From Candidatus Latescibacterota bacterium (GTDB taxonomy: Bacteria; Latescibacterota; UBA2968; GCA-2709665): a stretch of DNA of 64,000 bases. Below, piece after piece: positions 1 to 9,105 of the stretch. Numbering within the stretch: the first letter of the stretch is position 1; every line of letters starts with the position of its first letter. Location of the stretch: NCBI GenBank assembly GCA_965219455.1, contig OZ244744.1, positions 2,752,001-2,816,000 of the forward strand, written 5' to 3'. A program made the translations under genes and the position numbers. Below the pieces are notes generated by a model. That model was not told the origin of the DNA and did not search any database. It saw nothing but the letters and a program-made list of their open reading frames with translations.

Positions 1-156
1 CGGGCGGACAAATGGTAGTCCAGGGAGGTCATTCTCGTAGATTCGCGGTGGTTTCCGCCGTTTGCATTTTTTTGTTTGTGTTTCGTCTTTGATTCAAGCT
101 GAAAACTGATAGCTGACTGCTGTTTTGCTGCTTTTCGACGGCCGAATTTTTGGAAT

Positions 157-366
157 CTATCTCCGTGACCGATCCTCAAGGTTCCGTGCCGAAAAGAGTT
201 CCCACGCCCGTAGGCGGGCCGCCGCTTCATCCGCCGGGGTGTTCAATTTGTACTCAAACCGCAGACGCCGTTGCCCATCCACATTCTCAAATACCCCGAC
301 AATCCAGAAGTCGCCGTCATATCTGGCATTCAGGATAAATTCACGGTTTTCATGGCGAAACACCAT
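157..366 (-). CDS. Small hypothetical protein (69 aa)
   Basis: Compact ORF co-oriented downstream of the PhyH gene, protein-like composition (FILNARYDGDFWIVGVFE); no family recognised. Confidence 0.55.
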   Translation of the reverse strand: MVFRHENREFILNARYDGDFWIVGVFENVDGQRRLRFEYKLNTPADEAAARLRAWELFSARNLEDRSRR

Positions 367-402
367 AGATCGCCCCGGTTTCGAGTGCGCCGCCGGCCAC
401 TG

Positions 403-442
403 CGCCTGCCTGTGCGTGCTGTCTCACGCACGCAGACAGGCG
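403..442. repeat. REP-like imperfect palindrome, related to 13361-13396
   Basis: CGCCTGCCTGTGCGTGC..GCACGCAGACAGGCG; its reverse complement starts CGCCTGTCTGCGTGC, identical to 13361-13375. Confidence 0.6.
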
Positions 443-445
443 GCG

Positions 446-1264
446 CTACCAGCGATCCAGGCCCAGGAGCTTTCGTCCGAGCGGCGTCAACTGCGCCGTT
501 TCGCCCTCGAAGTGTTCCTTTTCCTTCTGGTTTTTCCCCAACCCGGTCAGGCGTTCCCGCCAGCCCTCAATACGGCTCTCCCGATGCGATTCGTCGTCAT
601 CTCTCGCCGGAGTCATCGTGATGTATTGCGCAATGCGTGGCCGGTCGGCCGAGTTCGGACTGCTTCCGTGGGGCAACAGACTGTTCCAGATGACGAGATC
701 ACCCTCCTTGCCGGCGATGGGCTTTGCCTGATGTCCGAATTCAGCCTGCATCCGGCTCCTGGAGTCGTCCGCCTCCGATAACGTCTCGAGCCAGTCCGCA
801 ATACACCGGTGAAAGCCGGGTATGCACGTGAACGCGCCCTGATTCGCCGCTGTATCGGACAGATACAGCACGCCCTGTACCATGAAGCGAGATGGATCTT
901 CGAGTGAAATATCCCAGTGCAGATAGGGTCCCTTGAACGCAAACCCAGGTCGTTCCGGCGGATTCAGACTCGTCCTGTCAAAACTCACCCAGAGATTTTC
1001 GGTCCCCCAGATCTGCGCAAACGCGTGATGCACCCGGGGGCGCTGCCGGTTGTCCCACAGCGCCTGGTGCTGGTACATCTCGACCATGATTCCGGGCCTT
1101 GGCGGATCCGGGTACCACGTATCCGCATCTCCGGAGTCCATGCCCAGAAACGTCCAGACGGCCCGCTCGGCCTGGCGGCAGTTTTCCGGCGGAACAGCCT
1201 CGGGCACCACAACGTATCCGTTCTCCTCCCAGAAATCCAACGCGTCGGCGTCCAGAACAGCCAT
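446..1264 (-). CDS. Phytanoyl-CoA dioxygenase (PhyH) family Fe(II)/2OG oxygenase
   Basis: FWEENGYVVV N-terminus, HxD (LHWD) and distal His (GDLVIWNSLLPHGS..N...PR); GGGAGG RBS. Confidence 0.9.
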   Translation of the reverse strand: MAVLDADALDFWEENGYVVVPEAVPPENCRQAERAVWTFLGMDSGDADTWYPDPPRPGIMVEMYQHQALWDNRQRPRVHHAFAQIWGTENLWVSFDRTSLNPPERPGFAFKGPYLHWDISLEDPSRFMVQGVLYLSDTAANQGAFTCIPGFHRCIADWLETLSEADDSRSRMQAEFGHQAKPIAGKEGDLVIWNSLLPHGSSPNSADRPRIAQYITMTPARDDDESHRESRIEGWRERLTGLGKNQKEKEHFEGETAQLTPLGRKLLGLDRW

Positions 1265-1337
1265 GTCGTCCTCCCTTATCCAACTGGAACGGAATGAAAA
1301 ACGCCCGGCAATATCCCGGTGGTCCCGGGCGATCCTG

Positions 1338-1365
1338 AATATGGTTCCGGAAAGAACGCTGTCAA
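1338..1365 (-). promoter_or_regulatory. Putative sigma70 promoter for the PhyH gene
   Basis: Minus strand TTGACA-16 bp-CATATT. Confidence 0.45.
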
Positions 1366-1565
1366 GTCATTTTGACTGTGATTAACTATGATTAAACCGC
1401 ATGAAGAGACCGTATTTGATGTGTTATTGCGAGACCTGGAGGGATTTGATGTCGATACGAAGAAATGCGATGTACATCGCTCGGCGGAGAGCACGGATGG
1501 GCGGGAGCATCGGTCCCACATTGCTCCGCGAGGATACTTCCGCAGGCAAAACGGGACGGACGGGC

Positions 1566-1591
1566 GATTCGTCGACTGCGCTCAGAATGAC
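1566..1591. repeat. REP-like half element (GATTC..GCTCAGAATGAC type)
   Basis: GATTCGTCGACTGCGCTCAGAATGAC resembles widespread GTCATTCTGAGC..GAATC intergenic repeats; single copy here. Confidence 0.4.
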
Positions 1592-1961
1592 AGGGCGGCC
1601 GATCATCAGGCTATGTGAGATCCCTTCAAAAACGCCAGGACCTACCGTTGACCCCTTATCATTAACACAAATCCCTATACAAGCAGCATGAACCAACGTG
1701 TACCCTTTTTGCGTAGAAGTAACACTGCAAGACTCCGATACAGAGATGGCCTGGGACTCCTCCGGGATTGGGATCCGGATCGCCGGCGTTCTACGCAAAC
1801 TCCTTTTTTGTGTGGATAATGTGCCGATCTTTTATATATTTCGTTCGCCCTGACAACCGGTGCGGATCTCCCGAAGCGGCGTGGAACCGGGGCCGGACGC
1901 TATTGCCCGCAACGTCTCCATAGGGTTTCCTGAAGCTGAATTCTTTCCTGGGACTCCGATC

Positions 1962-2399
1962 ATGACGGTCCGAAAAATCAAATTCATCGCCGGATTCGCC
2001 GTTATTGTCGCATGCCTGGTTCTTCTGGTTGTAACCAGTTCCCGGAAGATGGCGATGTATTACCTTACCGTCTCCGAACTGGAAGCCCGTGAGACTGAAT
2101 TCGTGAACAAACGGATCAAACTCGCCGGCAAAGTCACGCCGGGCTCCATCCGGAAAAATACCGGCCGCACCGTCGAGTTCCAAATTTGGGAACCCCTGGA
2201 GGGAGAAGCCTTCTCCGCGAGACGTTCGGTGGTATATGCGGGCATTGTGCCGGACACCTTCAGAGACGAAGCCGACGTGGTCCTGGAAGGCGAAGTGGGC
2301 GCGAACGGCCAATTTCGGGCGGAAACCCTGTTGGCCAAATGTCCCTCCAAATACGAGGGCCAATCTTACGAAGACATCAAGAAAGCCTATGACAGGTAA
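1962..2399 (+). CDS. ccmE: Heme chaperone CcmE, CxxxY variant
   Basis: N-terminal TM, YYLTVSE, Y.GIVPDTF..EADVVLEG, LAKCPSKY; start placed at ATG 1962. Confidence 0.93.
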   Translation: MTVRKIKFIAGFAVIVACLVLLVVTSSRKMAMYYLTVSELEARETEFVNKRIKLAGKVTPGSIRKNTGRTVEFQIWEPLEGEAFSARRSVVYAGIVPDTFRDEADVVLEGEVGANGQFRAETLLAKCPSKYEGQSYEDIKKAYDR

Positions 2400-2446
2400 C
2401 ATCCAACCTGGAAAGCCGGGTCATCCGATGACCCGTGGCGCCAACA

Positions 2447-4429
2447 ATGGCTGAACTCGGCAATTTCCTCATCTGGTTCTCGGTTGCCACCTCCCTCTAC
2501 GCGGCGGTGTCCGGCGTTCTGGCCGGCAGGACCGGCAGGCTGAATCTCACTCTCAGCACGGAACGCGCGGTTGCCGCTACTTTTCTGATGGTTCTGGGGG
2601 CTTTCGGCCTGCTGGAGTCCTTTTTCCTCACCGACCGATTCGATCTCCACTACGTGGCCGGCCATTCCAGCCGCGACCTGCCGACGCCGTATAAGTTCAC
2701 CGCCGCATGGTCTGGCATGGAGGGCTCTCTCCTGCTCTGGGCCTTCATTCTCGCCGGTTTCAATTTCTTCGCCACGCGCACCACCCGCAGGTTCCGCGGG
2801 CCGCTCGCCTCCTATGCGACAGTCGTTATGTCGCTCACCCAGGTCTTCTTCCTCGTCCTGATAGGATATTACGAGAATCCTTTCCGAGAACTGGGTTTCA
2901 CGGCTGCCGACGGCCAGGGTATGAATCCGCTTCTGGTCCATCCGGCCATGGCCATTCACCCTCCCATGCTATACCTCGGTTACGTGGGATTCATCGTACC
3001 GTATGCGTTTGCGATGGCCGCGCTCTTGAGCCGACAGGTGGACGAAGCGTGGATCCGCACCACCCGGCGCTGGACCATCTGGCCCTGGTTTTTTCTGGGG
3101 ACCGGGCAGCTTCTGGGCGGCAACTGGGCTTACGTGGTTCTGGGATGGGGTGGGTACTGGGGCTGGGACCCCGTTGAAAACGCCGCCCTGCTTCCCTGGC
3201 TCACGGGCACCGCCTTTCTGCACTCGGTGATGATCCAGGAAAAGAAAGGGATGCTCAAAGTCTGGAACATGGCGCTCATCATTCTCACCTTTACGCTGTG
3301 TATCTACGGCACGTTCCTGACCCGCAGCGGCCTGGTTTCCTCCGTGCACGCGTTTGCCCAGTCGCCGATCGGCAACGTGTTCCTCTATTTTCTGGCGGCT
3401 ATCGTGGTCTTTTCCGCCGGCATCCTGTGGTGGAGGAGGCCATTGCTCAAGAGCAGGAACGAATACGAATCTCCCGTCTCCCGGGAAGGGGGCTTTCTGC
3501 TCAACAATCTTCTCTTCCTGACAGCCGCATTCGCGGTGTTCTGGGGCGTCATGTTCCCGGTGCTCTCCGAAGCCGTCACCGGCTCCAAGGTCACCGTGGG
3601 TCCGCCCTTTTTCAGCACGGTCATGACGCCCATCGGTCTGCTGCTTCTCCTGATGACGGGTGTTGGCCCGCTGTTGGCCTGGCGCAAGACGTCGGCGCGC
3701 AGTATGAAAAGACATTTCGCCGGACCGGGCATCTTCGGTCTCTTCTGTAGCGCTATCGCATTCGCCCTCGGCGCGCGCGAACTGTACGCGTTGATCTCCT
3801 TTACCCTGTGCGGATTCGTGACGGGAGCCATCGCCACTGAGTTTCACAGAGGCGCGAAGGCGCGGGGAAGCAGTTCAAATGAGCCGTATCTCAAGGCGCT
3901 CTGGTCCCTCACCGTCCGAAATCGCCGGCGTTACGGCGGTTATATCGTCCATTTCGGCGTCGTGCTCCTCTTCTTCGGGTTCACCGGCAATGCCTTCAAC
4001 CGGGAAATCGAGGCGGGATTGAAGCATGGCGAGTCCGCGACCATCGGGAAATACCGCCTCGTCTACGAAGGCTATTCCGAGAGCCGGAACCCGCTCACCA
4101 TCGTGATTCAGACCCAGCTTGGCGTGTACCAGGGAGACGAACGCCTGGGTACGATGTGGCCCGAGCAGCACGTTTATTACAAACGCAATGACCGGCAGCG
4201 AACGACCGAAGTCGCCATCCGTTCCAGCCTGCGCGAAGACCTTTACGTTCTATATGAGGGCCGGGATCCCGACGGCGCCGCCCTGTTCAGAATTTACGTC
4301 AATCCCCTGGTGATGTGGGTCTGGATTGGCGCATGGGTCCTCACCCTCGGGACTGTGATTGCCATCCTGCCGGACAGGCGGGACCGTCTCAGACGCGGAC
4401 GTACCGTTGGGCTTTCTGCCGCGTCCTGA
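2447..4429 (+). CDS. ccmF: Cytochrome c heme lyase CcmF
   Basis: WSGMEGSLLLW, GMNPLL, IHPPMLYLGY, WWD domain WGGYWGWDPVENAALLPW, SVHAF, NPLVMWVW. Confidence 0.97.
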   Translation: MAELGNFLIWFSVATSLYAAVSGVLAGRTGRLNLTLSTERAVAATFLMVLGAFGLLESFFLTDRFDLHYVAGHSSRDLPTPYKFTAAWSGMEGSLLLWAFILAGFNFFATRTTRRFRGPLASYATVVMSLTQVFFLVLIGYYENPFRELGFTAADGQGMNPLLVHPAMAIHPPMLYLGYVGFIVPYAFAMAALLSRQVDEAWIRTTRRWTIWPWFFLGTGQLLGGNWAYVVLGWGGYWGWDPVENAALLPWLTGTAFLHSVMIQEKKGMLKVWNMALIILTFTLCIYGTFLTRSGLVSSVHAFAQSPIGNVFLYFLAAIVVFSAGILWWRRPLLKSRNEYESPVSREGGFLLNNLLFLTAAFAVFWGVMFPVLSEAVTGSKVTVGPPFFSTVMTPIGLLLLLMTGVGPLLAWRKTSARSMKRHFAGPGIFGLFCSAIAFALGARELYALISFTLCGFVTGAIATEFHRGAKARGSSSNEPYLKALWSLTVRNRRRYGGYIVHFGVVLLFFGFTGNAFNREIEAGLKHGESATIGKYRLVYEGYSESRNPLTIVIQTQLGVYQGDERLGTMWPEQHVYYKRNDRQRTTEVAIRSSLREDLYVLYEGRDPDGAALFRIYVNPLVMWVWIGAWVLTLGTVIAILPDRRDRLRRGRTVGLSAAS

Positions 4430-4464
4430 AAGGCGACGGCCTGAAAAACAAAAGAGTATCATCG

Positions 4465-4986
4465 ATGAATGGAAAGCGGAAGAAAACCGGTATGGTCATT
4501 TCACGGCGCGTCGTTCTCCTGGCGGGGATGATCGTCCCGGCACTTCTGCTTCTCTCGCTTGCGTACCCCGTATCCGCCGAAGTTACGCAGGAAAAGGTGA
4601 AAGAAGTGGCGAAGGGCCTCGCCTGTCTCTGCGGCGACTGCCCTCGCCGGCCGCTGGATGAGTGCGCTTGCGGTTGGGCGGATCGAAAAAGATCACGCAT
4701 TGCCGAAGCGCTGGAAGCGGGACAGGACAAGGAAACCATCGTTGCCGGCTTTGTTGCAGAATTCGGACAGGAAGCGTATGTGACGCCCCCGGCCGAGGGC
4801 TTCAACCTCACCGCCTGGATCATGCCCATTGTGGTCCTGCTGCTCGGCGCCATTGCGGTGCGTTTGGTGTTACGCAACTGGTCGCGGCAACGCGTCGCTC
4901 CCGCCGCCAGCCAGGTCCCGGATACAAAACCGGACGACCCGTACAGATTAAGGCTGGAACAGGAACTCAGGGAGCGAGATCTGTGA
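4465..4986 (+). CDS. ccmH: CcmH/CycL-type maturation protein, Cys-rich
   Basis: Signal peptide, LACLCGDC..LDECACG, G.DKETIV..FVAEFG, PP.EGFNLTAWIMP TM; follows ccmF; alternative start at 4492. Confidence 0.85.
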   Translation: MNGKRKKTGMVISRRVVLLAGMIVPALLLLSLAYPVSAEVTQEKVKEVAKGLACLCGDCPRRPLDECACGWADRKRSRIAEALEAGQDKETIVAGFVAEFGQEAYVTPPAEGFNLTAWIMPIVVLLLGAIAVRLVLRNWSRQRVAPAASQVPDTKPDDPYRLRLEQELRERDL

Positions 4987-5411
4987 GCGTCGCGTTCTGC
5001 ATCGTTATTGTCGCGGTCGTCTTCATCTTTGTGTTTCGCCCGTTCATTACCACGCGAGGTCGGATTGGAGAGGCGGATGCGGGATCCGGTCGTGGAAACC
5101 AGCTCCTTGTGGATAGAGAAGCCCTTTATGACGCCATCCGCGAACTGGACTTCGACTACCGCATGGGGAAGGTCGAAGAGGACGATTATCGCGCGACCCG
5201 CTCGCGTTACGAGAGCCGGGCCGTGGAACTGATGAGGGCCATCGAAGAAACCACCGGCCCCCCGGTGGGAATCGAGGATCGCATCGAACAGGAAATCGCC
5301 GCGCTCAGAGAAAGAGATACCGGCGCGTGTGCCGGATGCGGCGATTCAACTCCCGAGGGCGCCCGCTTTTGTCCTCGATGCGGCAAAGCCCTATCGGAAC
5401 CACGTCTATGA
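4983..5411 (+). CDS. CcmI-like membrane protein with C-terminal zinc ribbon
   Basis: GTG overlapping the ccmH stop; TM then REALYDAIRELDFDYRMGKV..DY; C-terminal CAGCG..FCPRCG. Confidence 0.75.
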   Translation: MSVAFCIVIVAVVFIFVFRPFITTRGRIGEADAGSGRGNQLLVDREALYDAIRELDFDYRMGKVEEDDYRATRSRYESRAVELMRAIEETTGPPVGIEDRIEQEIAALRERDTGACAGCGDSTPEGARFCPRCGKALSEPRL

Positions 5412-6502
5412 GCAAACGTCTCGGCTGCTTCGCCTTCCTGCTGATCGGTGTTTTGGACGCTTCCCCTGCTGCTGGCCTCGTCGTTGGTCGTGTCACGAAT
5501 GGGACGCTTTCTCAACCCCAGCCGGACTGCGTGGTGTTCCTGATTCGTCAGGGCGCCGAACCCGAAGTTTTCCTCCAGGATACCACCGGTACACACGGGC
5601 GATTCTCGTTCCAGGCCCAGGCCGGCGGTGACGCGCTCTGGTTTATTTCCGCGGCCCATGCGGGCGTCAATTATGGCCAGCGGGTCGTGGACGGCCCCAA
5701 CGAAATTGCCGTCTTCGAAACCACCGACTCGGACACGTCCGTTTCCGTCGTTTCACACCACATCATCGTCGACGCGGCCGAAAAGCGGGTCGAACAGATC
5801 CTGATCGTACAGAACGATGGCAACCGCACGTTCAAGACCGGCGAGGGGCATGGACATGGCCTGGAGGTTTTCCTTCCCGACGGCGTGACGGAAGTCAGGG
5901 AAGGCCCGCAGGGTCTTCACACCCACGGCGACATCCTCGTGAATCCGGATCCCGTTCGTCCGGGTCATAGCCAGCTTTTGTTTGCCTTCGACATGCCCGC
6001 CTCCGGGCGTCTGTCGCAAACCGTGAGCTACCCAACCGGAACCGTGGACGTCTTCGTCCATCCGCCGGGAGCGGCCATCACCGCGGGCGCGCTTCAGGAC
6101 CAGGGCGAAAACACTTTTGAACAGCACAGCTTTCGCAGGTTTTCGGGCGCCGCCTTTAACCGGGGAGACCGGATCGACCTGGAAATCAACGCGTCGCCGT
6201 GGTCTATTTCGGGCGTGTTCACCGGGTTCGATCTCAAATGGGCGTTGCTTGGCCTGGCGATCGGTTTTGCTCTGCTGGCCATCTTCTTTCGGCCCTTCGG
6301 AAAGACCGGCTCCCCGGCGTTGAAAACAGCCGAAGGCCGGCCCGGCCTTCGGGACCGAAGAAACGCCCTGGTCCACCAGATTGCGGACATGGACGACCGA
6401 TACGAGCAGGGCCGCCTTGCGGAAGAAGATTACCAGGCCCGGCGAAATGCCTTTAAAGCGGAGCTTGTCGATATGTCCCGCGTCCTTGATGGGGAAGCGT
6501 AG
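5408..6502 (+). CDS. Exported membrane-anchored protein with Ig/carboxypeptidase-regulatory-like domain and CcmI-like cytoplasmic tail
   Basis: Signal peptide, G.VTNGT..TTG..GRFSF, TM near C-terminus, RNALVHQIADMDDRYEQGRL..EDY; ATG overlaps previous stop. Confidence 0.7.
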   Translation: MSKRLGCFAFLLIGVLDASPAAGLVVGRVTNGTLSQPQPDCVVFLIRQGAEPEVFLQDTTGTHGRFSFQAQAGGDALWFISAAHAGVNYGQRVVDGPNEIAVFETTDSDTSVSVVSHHIIVDAAEKRVEQILIVQNDGNRTFKTGEGHGHGLEVFLPDGVTEVREGPQGLHTHGDILVNPDPVRPGHSQLLFAFDMPASGRLSQTVSYPTGTVDVFVHPPGAAITAGALQDQGENTFEQHSFRRFSGAAFNRGDRIDLEINASPWSISGVFTGFDLKWALLGLAIGFALLAIFFRPFGKTGSPALKTAEGRPGLRDRRNALVHQIADMDDRYEQGRLAEEDYQARRNAFKAELVDMSRVLDGEA

Positions 6503-6507
6503 GCGTT

Positions 6508-7224
6508 ATGGCCCCGCCCGTTCCGGCCATCGTTCTCGAGAACGTGGAAAAACGGTTCGGCCGTCTCGCCGCCCTGGAGGGTATCGACCTCATCGTTCCA
6601 GGTGGCGCCCTTGCTCTTCTCGGCCCGAACGGGGCCGGCAAGTCGACGCTCCTGCGGCTTGTTGCGACCCTGTCCAAACCCACGCACGGGCGGATCTTTG
6701 TCAGGGGCGTGGACGCCCGTAAGGAACCGGAACGCGTGCGGGCGGACATCGGGCTGATCTCCCACCAGACCCTTCTCTACGAAGAGCTGACCGCAGGTGA
6801 AAACCTGCGTTTCTATGGCCGCCTTTACGGTCTGCACGACCTGAAAGAACGTGTGCGAGCGGCGCTGGAGGGCGTCGGTCTTTTCGGCAGGGAACACGAC
6901 CGTGTCCGCGGGTTTTCCAGGGGCATGAAACAACGCCTCGCCATTGCCCGGGCCACGCTCCACCATCCCACGGTTCTCCTTCTCGACGAGCCGTTCGCCG
7001 GCCTGGACGCCGCCGCATGCGCCATGTTGAGCGACCGGCTGCGCCAGCTTCGCCGGGACGGTCGTACGGTCATCCTGGTTACTCACGATCTGCATCGGGG
7101 TCTGGCTCTCACGGATCGGTTCGCGATCCTGAACGGGGGGCGGTTTGTCGCGAAGGGAGAAACCGGGGGATTGTCGCTCGAGGCGATGGAAAGTTGCTAT
7201 GAAAATGCCGTAACAGGCCGTTGA
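6508..7224 (+). CDS. ccmA: Heme ABC exporter ATPase CcmA
   Basis: Walker A GPNGAGKS, signature FSRGMKQR, Walker B LLLDEP, H-loop VTHD; ccm context. Confidence 0.93.
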   Translation: MAPPVPAIVLENVEKRFGRLAALEGIDLIVPGGALALLGPNGAGKSTLLRLVATLSKPTHGRIFVRGVDARKEPERVRADIGLISHQTLLYEELTAGENLRFYGRLYGLHDLKERVRAALEGVGLFGREHDRVRGFSRGMKQRLAIARATLHHPTVLLLDEPFAGLDAAACAMLSDRLRQLRRDGRTVILVTHDLHRGLALTDRFAILNGGRFVAKGETGGLSLEAMESCYENAVTGR

Positions 7225-7373
7225 TAAAGTCGCTCTGCAGGCGAGGCCGAGTCATTGTGGCCGAAGACAAGGCGCGCGACCGCGTCGAATCGGGGGATTC
7301 GGGGAGGGAGTGCAACGCAGTCATTCGGCCACAAGGGCCGGACGCAGCCCGGATGGACTTTTTCAACGGGCTG
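7214..7373. mobile_element. 160-bp MITE-like element with IS5/IS1182-like terminal inverted repeats
   Basis: Left CAGGCCGTTGATAAAGTC versus right-end reverse complement CAGCCCGTTGAAAAAGTC (16/18); internal IR TTGTGGCCGAA/TTCGGCCACAA; no transposase. Confidence 0.7.
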
Positions 7374-7472
7374 ATAAACCAATATCCTCCCGAAATCCGG
7401 GCGTCAGGATAAGGCCGGAACAGGTTTCCGCCGAGTTCTGAAGTCCGATGCAACGCGGGAACGGGAGCGCCT

Positions 7473-8153
7473 TTGGGCCTCTTCTTCAGTCAGATTTCAG
7501 CTGTTTTCTGGAAAGATATCAAGACCGAAGTACGCACCAAAGAACGGCTGAGCGCAATGTGCTTTTTTGCGTTTCTGGTGCTCCTCGTCTTTAATTTCGC
7601 ATTCACACCCGGCTCGGAAACCATTAGAAACGCGGCGCCCGGCATCTTCTGGATCGCCGTTACGTTCTCCGGTTTCATGGGCCTGACGCGCTCCTTCGTC
7701 TCGGAACGCGACAACGACTGCCTGACGGGCCTCCTGCTTTCACCCGCCGACAGTGGCGCCATCTACCTGGGTAAAATGCTGGCGAACCTCTGCGCCATGC
7801 TGTTGGTGGAAGCCCTGATTCTCCCGCTTATGGTTGTCTTTCTGAATATCGCCGTCTGGCAACACCTGCCCCGCCTGCTTCCCGGGCTTCTGCTGGGTAC
7901 CCTCGGATTCGCGGCCGTCGGCACCCTCTTCGCCGCGATGTCGCTCAAGACCCGGCTCCAGGAGGCCCTGTTGCCAATGCTTACCCTTCCGGTGCTGGTT
8001 CCGGCCCTTCTGGCGGCCGTCGAGTCGTTCCGGGCGGTGCTGGCGGGTGATTCTCTCTCCGATATATCCGCATGGATCAACATCGGCGGTGCATTCGCGC
8101 TGCTGTTCGTGGCGGCCTGCGTGCTTTTGTTCGATTATGTGATCGAGGAGTGA
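7473..8153 (+). CDS. ccmB: Heme exporter permease CcmB
   Basis: KDIKTEVRTKE, APGIFW, RSFVSERDNDCLTGLLLSP, YLGK, LLPMLTLPV.VP. Confidence 0.93.
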   Translation: MGLFFSQISAVFWKDIKTEVRTKERLSAMCFFAFLVLLVFNFAFTPGSETIRNAAPGIFWIAVTFSGFMGLTRSFVSERDNDCLTGLLLSPADSGAIYLGKMLANLCAMLLVEALILPLMVVFLNIAVWQHLPRLLPGLLLGTLGFAAVGTLFAAMSLKTRLQEALLPMLTLPVLVPALLAAVESFRAVLAGDSLSDISAWINIGGAFALLFVAACVLLFDYVIEE

Positions 8154-8154
8154 T

Positions 8155-8868
8155 ATGGGGAAACGACTGTACCTTTGGTCCCGTATCTTCGGCGTCTTGG
8201 CGCTGATTGGCATGCTGGTTGCGCCCTACCTTGCCCTCGTGCACGCAAGCATGGAAAGGCAAATGGGCCTCGCCCAGAAAATCTTCTATTTTCACGTGCC
8301 TTCGGCCTTCTCGATGTACGCCGCCTTTTTCCTCGTTTTCGTCTTCAGCATTCTGTATCTCGTTCGAAGGGAAAAACGGTGGGACATATGGGCTGCGTGC
8401 GCCGCCGAAGTCGGTCTCCTCTTCTGCACGCTCGTGCTTCTCACCGGCCCCATCTGGGCGAAACCCGTCTGGGGCGCCTGGTGGGTGTGGGACGCTCAGT
8501 TGACCCTCACCCTGGTCCTCTGGCTAATTTTTGTCGCGTACATGATGTTGAAGAGTTACAGTGAAGACCCCTTGCAGAGCGCCAGGTTCCGGGCTGTACT
8601 GGGTATCATCGGCTTTCTTGACGCCCCACTCATCCATTACTCCACGCGGCTGTGGCGCACCCAGCATCCCGAGGTCGTACGGGCTGAGAAAATTGGACTC
8701 CCGACAGACATGCTGTTCGCGTTCGTCTTCTGCGCCGCCGTGTTCATTGTGCTCTTCGCCGCCATTCTGGCCAGACGCGTCTCGCTCGAACTTGCCCGGG
8801 ACGAACTCGAATCCCTGAAGGCCGAGGCGCGCGTTACGTCAACGCAGGTTCAGCATATCTCGGGCTGA
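8155..8868 (+). CDS. ccmC: Heme exporter CcmC
   Basis: KIFYFHVP, TGPIWAKPVWGAWWVWD, S..LWRTQHP. Confidence 0.95.
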   Translation: MGKRLYLWSRIFGVLALIGMLVAPYLALVHASMERQMGLAQKIFYFHVPSAFSMYAAFFLVFVFSILYLVRREKRWDIWAACAAEVGLLFCTLVLLTGPIWAKPVWGAWWVWDAQLTLTLVLWLIFVAYMMLKSYSEDPLQSARFRAVLGIIGFLDAPLIHYSTRLWRTQHPEVVRAEKIGLPTDMLFAFVFCAAVFIVLFAAILARRVSLELARDELESLKAEARVTSTQVQHISG

Positions 8869-8895
8869 CCTGTCCGGAGCTTCCGGAGGATTGTT

Positions 8896-9066
8896 ATGCA
8901 ACACCTCGGTTACATGGCCGCCGCCTACGCCATTATATGGGCGGCGATACTCATCTATTTCCTGGGCCTCGGCCGTCGCGAACGTGAGATATGGACCGAA
9001 CTCCAGGCACTACGCGAATCCATCGGCAACCGGGAAGCCGAGTCCGATTCGGGCGAACGCCAATAG
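8896..9066 (+). CDS. ccmD: CcmD (56 aa; below the ORF-track cutoff)
   Basis: GGAGG RBS; MQHLGYMAAAYAIIWAAILIYFLGLGRREREIWTELQALRES..., i.e. TM with AY motif plus charged helix, directly after ccmC. Confidence 0.85.
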   Translation: MQHLGYMAAAYAIIWAAILIYFLGLGRREREIWTELQALRESIGNREAESDSGERQ

Positions 9067-9105
9067 ACGGTACGTCGATCCGAAGTCCGTCGTCTCAAAC
9101 TACCT

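Noticed and set aside
1-32. Possible start of a minus-strand gene leaving the window (MTSLDYHLSA)
   Set aside because: Too short to identify
98-125. Heptamer-like run GCTGAAA-ACTGATA-GCTGACT-GCTGTTT
   Set aside because: Short and degenerate; cannot be distinguished from low-level repeat noise
1388-1798. Short ORFs 1388-1618, 1401-1691 and 1424-1798
   Set aside because: They overlap repeat-like and promoter sequence, with no motifs or clear RBS
1811-1819. Perfect DnaA box TGTGGATAA
   Set aside because: Single box with no cluster or dnaA nearby; insufficient for oriC
7221-7412. 63-aa ORF between ccmA and ccmB
   Set aside because: Lies almost entirely within the MITE-like element; no protein motif
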